This document shows positions 1 to 8,460 of a DNA stretch of 32,000 bases, piece after piece (position 1 is the first letter of the stretch; every line of letters starts with the position of its first letter). The DNA lies in the NCBI RefSeq assembly GCF_000146505.1, contig NC_017448.1, forward strand, positions 1,770,001-1,802,000, given 5' to 3'. The position numbers and the translations under genes were made by a program. A model generated the notes under the pieces. The model worked only from the letters and a program-made list of their open reading frames with translations, searched no databases and had not been told where the DNA came from. This DNA comes from Fibrobacter succinogenes subsp. succinogenes S85 (lineage in GTDB: Bacteria > Fibrobacterota > Fibrobacteria > Fibrobacterales > Fibrobacteraceae).

Positions 1-23
1 AAAATCCGGGTCGCGGCGAACGC

Positions 24-1013
24 ATGGTGCGAATTTTTGTGTACCTGATGGCACACTATAACAATCGTTATAGCGTTACGGACATCATGCAGCATTTGGA
101 TATTCCCGCAAATGAATTGCGAAGCGTGCAGCGCGATATGCAGGCCTTGACAAATCTTGAAAGCCGTTACATCCAACGCATTACTGACAGTGGCAAGACT
201 TATTACCAGGCGGCGCTTGAACGTGCGAACAAGCTCGTATTCCCAGAGTTTGGCGACATGGTTTTGCATTTCGTCTTTTTGCAGCGCATCGCAAACTTGT
301 ACCCGGCAACAGCTAGCCTTATCGATGACCTCACCAAGAGAATCACGCAGGATTTGCCCGCGAAGCAGCAAGATGTTTTGAAGAGCTATTCAAAAGAATT
401 GAGCGGGCGCATTCTCTTTATGGGGACTCCGCCCAATTACGACGAAGACGTGAGCAAGCACCTGCCGACCATTCTTAACGCGATTCGTCAAAAACGGAAA
501 GTACAGATAAAATATACAGACAATTGGGGAACGCCATCGGATAAGCCACGCATTCCGCTGATGGTCGCCATAAGTCATGGAGACATTTATATCGGTTGCG
601 TTTCGCAGCACCACCCCGACAAAACTTACGCGTTAAAATTGCAACGCATCGAGTCGGTAAAATTGCTGAAGGAAACTTTTGAAGAAGACCCGAAGGTTGT
701 TGAATCACTGCGCAAGCGCATCCGCACGGGATCTTTGCTTTTGGGCGAACAGAATCCGCAAGAGGAAAAGGTCGTCATTTACTTCCCGAAATACGCCAAG
801 AACTTTTTGAAGGAACGTCCGTACCACCGCTCCATGGAAATGGAAGACGCGCCAGGCGACGAGATCCGCGTAACGATGAAGGTCGAGGTGAACGAGCTGC
901 TCAAGCAGTGGATTATGTATTATGGGAACATCGCGACGGTTGAACAGCCGAAAAAGTTGAGGCAGATGATACTGGAAACGGCAAAAAAGCTGGTGGAAAA
1001 GTACGAAAAGTAA
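24..1013 (+). CDS. WYL-domain transcriptional regulator (HTH-WYL architecture), possibly 5'-truncated by the window edge
   Basis: 329-aa ORF. N-terminal HTH-like segment ERMVRIFVYLMAHYNNRYSVTDIMQHLDIPANELRSVQRDMQAL. Central WYL-like segment RKVQIKYTDNWG...IPLMVAISHGDIYIGCVSQ...ALKLQRIESVKLL. The frame is open back to nt 3, so the true start may lie upstream of the window. Confidence 0.6.
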   Translation: MVRIFVYLMAHYNNRYSVTDIMQHLDIPANELRSVQRDMQALTNLESRYIQRITDSGKTYYQAALERANKLVFPEFGDMVLHFVFLQRIANLYPATASLIDDLTKRITQDLPAKQQDVLKSYSKELSGRILFMGTPPNYDEDVSKHLPTILNAIRQKRKVQIKYTDNWGTPSDKPRIPLMVAISHGDIYIGCVSQHHPDKTYALKLQRIESVKLLKETFEEDPKVVESLRKRIRTGSLLLGEQNPQEEKVVIYFPKYAKNFLKERPYHRSMEMEDAPGDEIRVTMKVEVNELLKQWIMYYGNIATVEQPKKLRQMILETAKKLVEKYEK

Positions 1014-1102
1014 GGAAAATCCACTCGTTATTACCAAAATTACGGTCTTGTTATAGCTTTTATTTATATATAAGTAACTTTTCTAGAAAAATTTTATAAT
1101 TC

Positions 1103-1140
1103 ACCCTACTTTCCTATTGGACTAGTAGGGTTTTGTTTTT
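1103..1140 (+). terminator. Rho-independent terminator after the WYL regulator gene
   Basis: 8-bp stem accctact (1103-1110) / agtagggt (1124-1131), followed by tttgttttt. Confidence 0.6.
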
Positions 1141-1374
1141 AAATTATGCACATCAAACGAACGAGGCACCCCGAAAGGGAAAAGCCTGGAGGATTTCGCT
1201 ATGCGATGTCGAATGTGTAACCAAGCTGAAGGCGGGCGGGCCTAATACCGCCAAAATTTAACGCTCAGGATTGAGCAAAACTATTAACTATCGCGTCGCC
1301 CGACGCCAACAGTAACAAAACGTTCGGGCGAACGCGAAAATTTCGCGCCAAGCGCACAAAAGGATTTAAATAAT
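1141..1374 (+). promoter_or_regulatory. Long structured 5' leader of metY-cysK containing a short Cys/Met-codon ORF (1201-1245)
   Basis: About 230 nt without a long ORF. Strong SD ggagga (1188-1193) lies 7 nt before ATG 1201, encoding MRCRMCNQAEGGRA. Hairpins: ggcgg..ccgcc (about 1231-1252), gctca-ggat-tgagc, and a 13-14-bp imperfect stem tcgcgtcgcccga (1291-1303) / tcgggcgaacgcga (1324-1337). No riboswitch class recognised by eye. Confidence 0.3.
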
Positions 1375-2661
1375 ATGACGACTCAGAATAAGCTCCATTT
1401 CGAAACTCTTCAGCTCCACGTTGGTCAGGAACAGGCAGACCCGGCAACCGATTCCCGAGCAGTTCCTATATACCAGACCACCTCTTACGTGTTCCACAGC
1501 GCTCAGCACGCTTCTGACCGTTTCCATCTGAAGGATGCAGGCAACATTTACGGCCGCCTCACCAACACCACGCAGGACGTTTTTGAAAAGCGCATCGCTG
1601 CTCTCGAAGGCGGTATCGCAGGTCTCGCAGTCGCTTCCGGTGCAGCAGCTCTTACTTATGCCATCACGGCTCTCGCTCGCAAGGGTGACCACGTGGTCGC
1701 ACAGCGCTCCATCTACGGCGGCACCTACAACCTCTTGGAACATACGCTTTCCAAGTTCGGCATTGAAACGACTTTCGTCGACATCCACAACCTCAAGGAA
1801 GTCGAAAACTCTATCAAGTCCAACACCAAGCTCATCTTCATTGAAACGCTCGGCAACCCGAACTCCGACATCCCGGATATCGAGGCCATCTCCGAACTCG
1901 CTCACAAGAACAAGATTCCGGTCGTGATCGACAACACCTTCGGTACTCCGTACTTGATTCGTCCGCTCGAACACGGTGCTGATATCGTCGTGCATTCTGC
2001 AACGAAGTTCATCGGCGGTCACGGTACGACTCTCGGCGGCGTGATTGTTGACGGTGGCAAGTTTGATTGGGCTGCATCTGGCAAGTTCCCGCAGTTCACC
2101 GAAACGAACCCGAGCTACGGTGTGCCTTTCACCGCAGCAGCTGGCGCAGCAGCTTACATCGTTTACATCCGCGCTATCCTTCTCCGTGACGAAGGTGCAG
2201 CAATTTCCCCGTTCAACGCATTCCTTCTCTTGCAGGGCACTGAAACGCTTTCGCTCCGTCTTGACCGTCATGTGGAAAACACCAAGAAGGTTCTCGAATT
2301 CCTCTCGAAGCACCCGAAGGTCGCTAAGGTCAACCACCCGAGCTTTGCAGATCATCCGCAGCACGCTCTCTACCAGAAGTACTTCCCGAACGGTGCAGGT
2401 TCCATCTTCACATTCGATGTGAAGGGCGGCCAGGCAGAAGCCTTCAAGTTCATCGACGGGCTCAAGATTTTCAGCTTGCTCGCTAACGTTGCCGACGTGA
2501 AGAGCCTCGTTGTTCACCCGTATACAACGACCCACTCCGAACTCACTCCGGCTGAACTTGCCGAAGCTGGTATCTCTCCTGCAACGATCCGTCTCTCTAT
2601 CGGTACGGAACACTACGAAGACATCATCAACGACCTCGCACAGGCTCTTGACCAGATTTAA
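1375..2661 (+). CDS. metY: O-acetylhomoserine sulfhydrylase (aminocarboxypropyltransferase), PLP-dependent
   Basis: 428 aa. N-terminus [34 protein letters not shown] and PLP-Lys motif [12 protein letters not shown] are typical of the MetY/MetZ Cys/Met-metabolism PLP family. SD aagga lies upstream. Confidence 0.9.
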   Translation: MTTQNKLHFETLQLHVGQEQADPATDSRAVPIYQTTSYVFHSAQHASDRFHLKDAGNIYGRLTNTTQDVFEKRIAALEGGIAGLAVASGAAALTYAITALARKGDHVVAQRSIYGGTYNLLEHTLSKFGIETTFVDIHNLKEVENSIKSNTKLIFIETLGNPNSDIPDIEAISELAHKNKIPVVIDNTFGTPYLIRPLEHGADIVVHSATKFIGGHGTTLGGVIVDGGKFDWAASGKFPQFTETNPSYGVPFTAAAGAAAYIVYIRAILLRDEGAAISPFNAFLLLQGTETLSLRLDRHVENTKKVLEFLSKHPKVAKVNHPSFADHPQHALYQKYFPNGAGSIFTFDVKGGQAEAFKFIDGLKIFSLLANVADVKSLVVHPYTTTHSELTPAELAEAGISPATIRLSIGTEHYEDIINDLAQALDQI

Positions 2662-2686
2662 TTATAAATAACAAAAGGATTCTACC

Positions 2687-3619
2687 ATGTCAAAAATTTA
2701 CGCATCTGCTGACCAACTTATCGGTCATACCCCGCTCCTCGAACTTTCCCACATCGAAAAGGAAAACAATCTCCAGGCTAAGATTGTGGCAAAGCTTGAA
2801 TATTTCAACCCGGCTGGATCTGTCAAGGATCGTATTGCCAAGGCAATGATCGACGATGCCGAAGCTTCAGGCAAGCTTAAGCCGGGTTCCGTGATTATCG
2901 AACCGACTTCTGGTAACACTGGTATCGGTCTTGCTTCCGTCGCAGCGGCTCGCGGCTACCGCATCATCATCGTGATGCCGGAAACCATGAGTGTTGAACG
3001 TCGCCAGCTCATCAAGGCTTACGGTGCAGAAATTGTTCTCACTGAAGGCGCTAAGGGCATGAAGGGCGCTATCGCTCGTGCAACGGAACTCTCTCAGGAA
3101 ATTCCGAACAGCTTTATCCCGGGTCAGTTCGTGAACCCGGCAAACCCAGCCGCCCACAAGGCAACGACGGGTCCGGAAATTTGGGAAGACACGGATGGCA
3201 AGGTTGACATTTTCGTCGCAGGCGTAGGTACTGGTGGAACGGTCACGGGTGTCGGTGAATACCTCAAGTCCCAAAATCCGAATGTGAAGGTTGTCGCAGT
3301 TGAACCGGAATCTTCTCCGGTGCTTTCCAAGGGCACGGCTGGTCCGCACAAGATCCAGGGTATTGGCGCAGGCTTTGTTCCGGATACTTTGAACACCTCC
3401 GTCTATGACGAAGTGCTCCCGGTCAAGAACGAAGACGCATTTGCCGCAGGGAAGGCAATTGCCAAGGCAGAAGGCATCCTCGTGGGTATCTCTTCTGGCG
3501 CTGCTTTGCATGCCGCAATCGAACTTGCAAAGCGTCCGGAAAACAAGGGCAAGACGATTGTCGCACTCCTCCCGGATAGCGGTGACCGTTACCTCTCCAC
3601 TCCGCTCTTCGCTGACTAA
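2687..3619 (+). CDS. cysK: Cysteine synthase A (O-acetylserine sulfhydrylase)
   Basis: 310 aa. Motifs NPAGSVKDR (PLP Lys), [24 protein letters not shown] and [10 protein letters not shown]. 25 nt downstream of metY, with its own SD. Confidence 0.9.
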   Translation: MSKIYASADQLIGHTPLLELSHIEKENNLQAKIVAKLEYFNPAGSVKDRIAKAMIDDAEASGKLKPGSVIIEPTSGNTGIGLASVAAARGYRIIIVMPETMSVERRQLIKAYGAEIVLTEGAKGMKGAIARATELSQEIPNSFIPGQFVNPANPAAHKATTGPEIWEDTDGKVDIFVAGVGTGGTVTGVGEYLKSQNPNVKVVAVEPESSPVLSKGTAGPHKIQGIGAGFVPDTLNTSVYDEVLPVKNEDAFAAGKAIAKAEGILVGISSGAALHAAIELAKRPENKGKTIVALLPDSGDRYLSTPLFAD

Positions 3620-3702
3620 TTGATTTAAGGTTTGGTAAGTGCCTCGCAGTTCCATTCGCTACGCGGTAGAAACCATCCTCTCAACAAAAGTTTATTGAAT
3701 GC

Positions 3703-3750
3703 AAACGCTAGAAGGTTCCATTCGCCTCTCTAGCGTTTATTTGTGTTTTA
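3703..3750 (+). terminator. Rho-independent terminator of metY-cysK
   Basis: Perfect 10-bp stem aaacgctaga (3703-3712) / tctagcgttt (3729-3738), followed by atttgtgtttta. Confidence 0.7.
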
Positions 3751-3760
3751 TACAACGCAT

Positions 3761-3789
3761 TGTCATCCCGGCCTTGTGCCGGGATCACC
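3761..3789. repeat. REP-like palindromic unit (tgtcaYcccggcc..ccgggRtcaNc family)
   Basis: tgtcatcccggccttgtgccgggatcacc. 8-bp stem atcccggc / gccgggat. A related copy with shared flanks lies at 18964-18993. Confidence 0.4.
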
Positions 3790-3814
3790 AATTTTCAAAA
3801 AGAACGGTTTTAAC

Positions 3815-4915
3815 ATGTCACAAAAAAAGCGTGTCGCTGTAGGATTGTCGGGCGGTGTGGACTCCGCCCTTTCGGCGTATTTACTGAAAAAGCAAGGTTA
3901 CGAAGTTGTCGGCATGACGATGGCGACGTGGGACGACTCCGTGAAAATGCCTGCAGTCGAAGGTCGCGAAGGCTGTTACGGTCCGAGCGAAGACAAGAAT
4001 ATCGAAGAGGCAAAACTCGTTGCCGAACGTCTCGGGATTCCGCATTACGTTGTTCCGGTTGCCGAAGATTACAAGCGTGAAGTACTCGACTATTTCCGTG
4101 CGGAATACCGCGCAGGGCGAACGCCGAATCCATGCGTCCGTTGCAATCAGAGCATCAAGTTTGGAGCGCTACAGCATGCGGCACGCAAGCTCGGGATTGA
4201 TTTCGATTACTTTGCGACGGGGCATTACGCGCGACTCGATTTCAAGAATCCTGATGTTCCGTTCTTGTACGAAGCATTGGACGAGCATAAAGACCAGACG
4301 TACTTTTTATCAAGACTCTCGGCAGAGCAACTTTCCACTGTGATTTTCCCGCTCGGCGGAATGCAGAAAGCAGACGTGAAAGCGCTCGCCAAGGAAATCG
4401 GCTGGGACGATTTTGCAACAAAGCGCGAAAGCCAGGACTTTATCGAGTGCGGCGATTACTCGGTGCTATTTGACGAGAGCGATAACGTTCCCGGAGATTT
4501 TATCGATGTGAACGGAAAAGTTCTCGGGAAGCATAAGGGCATTGTGCATTACACGATCGGGCAACGTAAGGGGCTCAACATCGGCGGGCAAGCGGAACCG
4601 CTTTACGTTGTGGCGATTGATGCACACCACAATCAGGTGATTTTAGGTCCGCGAAGCGCTTTGAGCTGTACCGAAGTTTCTGCTGTCGACTTGAACTTGA
4701 TGGTTTCAGAGACTTCCCCACTTTTGAAGGAGCCGCTCACGGCACACATTCGTCTCGGACATAAAGGCGCAACAGCCAGAATTACGGCTTTGGACACTGC
4801 GGCCGGCACAATCAGCGTGAAATTTGACGAACCGCAATTCGCATCGGCACCGGGTCAAGTGCTAGTGCTCTACGCAGACAAAGGCGTGGTCGCCAGCGCG
4901 ATCATCGGGAAGTAA
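3815..4915 (+). CDS. mnmA: tRNA 2-thiouridine(34) synthase MnmA
   Basis: PP-loop RVAVGLSGGVDSALSAYLLKKQGYEVVGMTM, catalytic region PNPCVRCNQSIKFGAL, and HKDQTYFL. I prefer ATG 3815 (MSQKKRVAV) over the GTG-extended ORF start 3743, which runs through the REP-like hairpin. Confidence 0.9.
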   Translation: MSQKKRVAVGLSGGVDSALSAYLLKKQGYEVVGMTMATWDDSVKMPAVEGREGCYGPSEDKNIEEAKLVAERLGIPHYVVPVAEDYKREVLDYFRAEYRAGRTPNPCVRCNQSIKFGALQHAARKLGIDFDYFATGHYARLDFKNPDVPFLYEALDEHKDQTYFLSRLSAEQLSTVIFPLGGMQKADVKALAKEIGWDDFATKRESQDFIECGDYSVLFDESDNVPGDFIDVNGKVLGKHKGIVHYTIGQRKGLNIGGQAEPLYVVAIDAHHNQVILGPRSALSCTEVSAVDLNLMVSETSPLLKEPLTAHIRLGHKGATARITALDTAAGTISVKFDEPQFASAPGQVLVLYADKGVVASAIIGK

Positions 4916-4940
4916 AGGGCGAGAAACGCCCTTTTTATTT
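4914..4940. terminator. Bidirectional hairpin between convergent mnmA and the Rpn-like gene
   Basis: aaagggcg (4914-4921) / cgcccttt (4927-4934), then tttatt on the + strand. Confidence 0.55.
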
Positions 4941-6017
4941 CCCTCGAATTTGTTCTTCTGTAAGATTGAAGCGTCGAACAAGAATCTCCATAGGAACATT
5001 GTCTTTGTATAGCCCTCTTGCTGTATTAATCTTTTCTTCTTCGACTTTATTCAACTTATCACGTTCTTTGGCTAATTTTTCCTCGAATTGTTGACGTTCT
5101 TCAGTCATTTGCAGGCGTTCTTCTGTAATCTGCTGACGTTCTTCAGCCATTTGCAGGCGTTCTTCTGTAATCTGCTGACGTTCTTCAGCCATTTGCAGTC
5201 GCTCTTCCGTCATTTGCTGACGCTCTTCTGCCAATTGCTGGCGGAAATAGTCACCTATGCTTACGAAACCGTATTTCTGTCCGATGCTTACGAACGCCAT
5301 GTTCAGCTCCTTTAGGAAGTCTTTACCTAAATACTCCATTAAATATATACTTGTTTTTTCAAGCAGACAAGAGGCCTCGTTTCGTGGCATTTTATCCAGG
5401 AATTTACAGAACTGAGGCAACAGTTCCAGCAGCTTGTCTTTGTTGAACGCATGCTTTAGCGCGATTATCCCCATGCCGGTTGCAGTATTTTCGCAGGCGA
5501 GGCAATCACTGTCGGGAATATCTGCCATATTCACGAACGTACACTGGAACGGGAGCACTTTCCCGCGAAAATAATCGGGATAGGACTTTTCTAGAATCTT
5601 GAGAGGATTCCAGTTGTCACGTCCGTTGTAGAATATTATCGCCATTGTCGGGATTCCGCTGAATATCCTGTTCTTGTCCTGAATTTTCATGACGGAATGA
5701 ATGTATTTGGAGATTTGGTCGAAGATTATGGGATCGCGTCCGGACTTGTGTTCCAGCAGGATTCCGACGAGAATCGGAGCGCCCGTCGAGACGTTCACAC
5801 GGAACGCGAGGTCCGCTTCGCCAGTGTCATCAACTTCTGAATAGGAATCTGGAATACGCATGAGCGTATCAAGATTGATCTGAGTCAGGAAAGCGTCAAT
5901 CTCGTGGTTAATTTTCCCAGCAAGTTCAAGCAAGCAGCGCGCGTGTGTTGTATCGGCAAATAGCCAGCGAAAGTATGCGTCGTGTTTTCGTTTAGTAACC
6001 TTATTTTCGTTTTCCAT
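4935..6017 (-). CDS. Rpn-family (YhgA-like, PD-(D/E)XK) recombination-promoting nuclease / putative transposase with a C-terminal heptad-repeat tail
   Basis: 360 aa. N-terminus HDAYFRWLFADTTHARCLLE, core EADLAFRV...ILLEHKS and AIIFYNGRDNWN are typical of the family. The C-terminus carries EERQQxT/EERLQMx heptads. Confidence 0.7.
   Translation of the reverse strand: MENENKVTKRKHDAYFRWLFADTTHARCLLELAGKINHEIDAFLTQINLDTLMRIPDSYSEVDDTGEADLAFRVNVSTGAPILVGILLEHKSGRDPIIFDQISKYIHSVMKIQDKNRIFSGIPTMAIIFYNGRDNWNPLKILEKSYPDYFRGKVLPFQCTFVNMADIPDSDCLACENTATGMGIIALKHAFNKDKLLELLPQFCKFLDKMPRNEASCLLEKTSIYLMEYLGKDFLKELNMAFVSIGQKYGFVSIGDYFRQQLAEERQQMTEERLQMAEERQQITEERLQMAEERQQITEERLQMTEERQQFEEKLAKERDKLNKVEEEKINTARGLYKDNVPMEILVRRFNLTEEQIRGK
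5088..5243. repeat. Coding tandem repeat, 42-bp unit (21-bp sub-unit), about 3.5 copies
   Basis: Unit ctgctgacgttcttcagccatttgcaggcgttcttctgtaat is repeated almost perfectly. On the - strand it encodes EERQQ(M/I)TEERLQM(A/T). Confidence 0.85.
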
Positions 6018-6271
6018 TTATTCAGTGGAACCAGTTGTTTAAAGCGAGCTGGTACGCAATCTCATATAGCAAAGGATATAGAAAACGATCTAGCAAAAAG
6101 TTCTTGAAAACAATTTGCGTTATCAAGAACGGATGTGCTTAATTTAACAAACTCATTCCGGGAAAACAAGGGAAATTTTGCTTTCGGTTCATTTTGCAAA
6201 CAATTGGTTGCATTTGCGTTTTTTTTACAAATTAAAGGCAACATTTGACAGAAAAAAAATTCCAATAACGC

Positions 6272-6301
6272 AAAAATCCTACCCGATTGGGTAAGATTTT
6301 T
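6272..6301 (-). terminator. Rho-independent terminator of NifH-like gene 1
   Basis: On the - strand: aaaaatcttaccc-aatc-gggtaggattttt (one G-U pair), followed by a U-rich stretch. Confidence 0.55.
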
Positions 6302-6330
6302 CACTTTGAGATAGTTGGCAATAAAAGTTT

Positions 6331-7191
<861 letters not shown>

Positions 7192-7226
7192 TTAGGATTT
7201 TCCTATAGGAACGCTAGGCAAGAACA

Positions 7227-7255
7227 AGTTTAGAATTTGCGTCTACCCTTTTCAA
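7227..7255 (-). promoter_or_regulatory. Sigma-70-like promoter of NifH-like gene 1
   Basis: On the - strand: TTGAAA (7255-7250), 17-nt spacer, TAAACT (7232-7227). It lies inside a 44-nt block (7229-7272) identical to 22913-22956. The motif gaacgctagg (7209-7218) sits just downstream of the predicted start site. Confidence 0.5.
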
Positions 7256-7468
7256 TACTTTTTTAGCCCATTTCGTCACAATTATTCTTTTTTGCGCGTT
7301 GCTATAAAAACTTTTTATAACCCCATTCAGCGGGAATCTATTGCACGCCCAGAAAAAACATTTTTTTTAATTTTCACCCCTTGTTTCATATTGTCTTTCG
7401 CTATACCGCTTTTTAAATTTTTGCCCGAACTTCTTCGACAGGGAAGTAAAAGAATTAATCACACAACA

Positions 7469-7552
7469 GAACGCTAGGCAAACCGTTCATCATCTTCCAC
7501 ATAAACTAAATCGGTATTTACCGCTAGTTTAGCGCAAGGCTTTTATGCCTTG
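7469..7552 (+). promoter_or_regulatory. Conserved leader elements upstream of the nifB-like operon
   Basis: gaacgctagg..cgttc inverted repeat (7469-7488). Hairpin taaact (7502-7507) / agttta (7526-7531) with inner stem cggt-attt-accg. Second hairpin caaggc (7535-7540) / gccttg (7547-7552). All have counterparts at 23147-23226. Confidence 0.4.
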
Positions 7553-7587
7553 TGTTTACCACGAATCTTTTGCCTTTGTGAGGTTTT

Positions 7588-8460
7588 ATGGCAATCGATC
7601 AAGAAACAGTTTTTAGAGAGCACCCCTGCTTTGGCGCATGCAAGAATCGTAAAGGGCGTATCCATTTGCCCGTCGCTCCGGGTTGTAACATCGAATGCCG
7701 TTTTTGCGACCGTCGCATCAACGAAGACGCACAAGTCCCGGGAAATACAAGTAAAGTTATCAAACCGGAAGAAGCATGTGGCTATATTCGCAAGGCTCTT
7801 GAATTCGTACCGGATCTTACTACGGTGGGTATTGCAGGCCCTGGCGACACGCTCGCGACACCTTTTGCACTGGACACTTTCCGCCTCGTCAAAAAGGAAT
7901 TTCCAAACCTGATTCGTTGCATGAGCACAAACGGACTTTTGCTGAACGACAAGGCAGACGAAGTCATTGACGTGGGCATCGATACGCTTACGGTCACGGT
8001 GAACGCCGTTGACCCAGAAATCGAAGCAATGATCAATGCGAGAATTTTCTACCACGGCAAGACCTACACGGGTGTCGAAGCCGCTGAAATCTTGATCCAC
8101 AACCAGCTGGAAGGCATTCGCAAGGTTGCAAAAAGCGGGACACTCGTGAAAGTAAATACGGTTCTTTGCCCAGGCATCAACGACAACCATATCGAAGATG
8201 TGGCCGCTACAGTCCGCGAAGCGGGAGCGATTATATACAACATCATTCCGCTGATTCCGCAAAACGGATTCAAGGATCTTCCAGCCCCGACTCCGAAGGG
8301 ACTCGCAATTGCACAGGAACAGGCCGGCGTATTTATCAATGTTTTCAAGCACTGCGCTCACTGCAGAGCAGATGCTGTTGGCGTTCCCGGCGTCTATGAC
8401 GTTGGTTCACAAATCTACATGGATCGCATCCGTGTAAAGGAGACTTTCTCTCATGGCTAA
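7588..8460 (+). CDS. nifB: NifB-type radical SAM protein (catalytic domain only, no NifX-like C-terminal domain)
   Basis: 290 aa. Motifs HPCF, VAPGCNIECRFC (CX3CX2C), RCMSTNGL, TVTVNAVDPEIE and HCAHCRADAVGVPG. The stop overlaps the next gene's start by 8 nt. Confidence 0.8.
   Translation: MAIDQETVFREHPCFGACKNRKGRIHLPVAPGCNIECRFCDRRINEDAQVPGNTSKVIKPEEACGYIRKALEFVPDLTTVGIAGPGDTLATPFALDTFRLVKKEFPNLIRCMSTNGLLLNDKADEVIDVGIDTLTVTVNAVDPEIEAMINARIFYHGKTYTGVEAAEILIHNQLEGIRKVAKSGTLVKVNTVLCPGINDNHIEDVAATVREAGAIIYNIIPLIPQNGFKDLPAPTPKGLAIAQEQAGVFINVFKHCAHCRADAVGVPGVYDVGSQIYMDRIRVKETFSHG

Noticed and set aside
1141-1374. A SAM-I (S-box) or SAH riboswitch upstream of metY.
   Set aside because: I could not find the conserved cores of these classes by eye. 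It is reported only as an unclassified structured leader pending an Rfam scan.
1366-2613. Long antisense ORFs opposite real genes. Examples: 1366-2613(-), 2867-3655(-), 6376-7164(+), 7543-8361(-), 9873-11012(-), 12916-13596(-), 16368-17324(+), 18931-20094(+), 20619-21965(+), 22058-22846(+) and 28442-29374(-).
   Set aside because: Each lies opposite a gene with clear family motifs. Their translations are low-complexity and rich in R, V, E, F and C, with no recognisable domains or SDs. These are typical shadow ORFs caused by codon bias.
3743-3814. Longer N-terminal extensions offered by the ORF track: mnmA from GTG 3743, porin from 18625, SBP-A from 26105, MccA-like from 12685, GNAT from 23521, NifX-like from 23223 and ATPase from TTG 30550.
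   Set aside because: In each case an internal ATG has a good SD, yields a canonical N-terminus or signal peptide, and avoids overlap with the upstream gene or a hairpin.
5088-5243. A 42-bp repeat array as a possible CRISPR or non-coding satellite.
   Set aside because: The repeats are directly tandem with no spacers, lie in frame inside the Rpn-like CDS, and translate to a regular heptad motif.
4935-6017. The Rpn-family gene as evidence that the island is a mobile element.
   Set aside because: I saw no flanking inverted or direct repeats, integrase, or tRNA attachment site. The gene sits between terminators as a solitary insertion, which is not enough to call a mobile element.
6062-6304. 80-aa ORF on the - strand in the AT-rich gap between the Rpn-like gene and nifH-like copy 1.
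   Set aside because: No SD, an implausible composition, and overlap with the nifH terminator hairpin and homopolymer tracts. It is most likely non-coding.
7292-7477. Short ORFs inside the duplicated divergent promoter regions (7292-7477 + and 22904-23101 +).
   Set aside because: The two regions are homologous at DNA level, but the ORFs are not conserved in frame or sequence. They are AT-rich, contain promoter-like elements, and have no SD.
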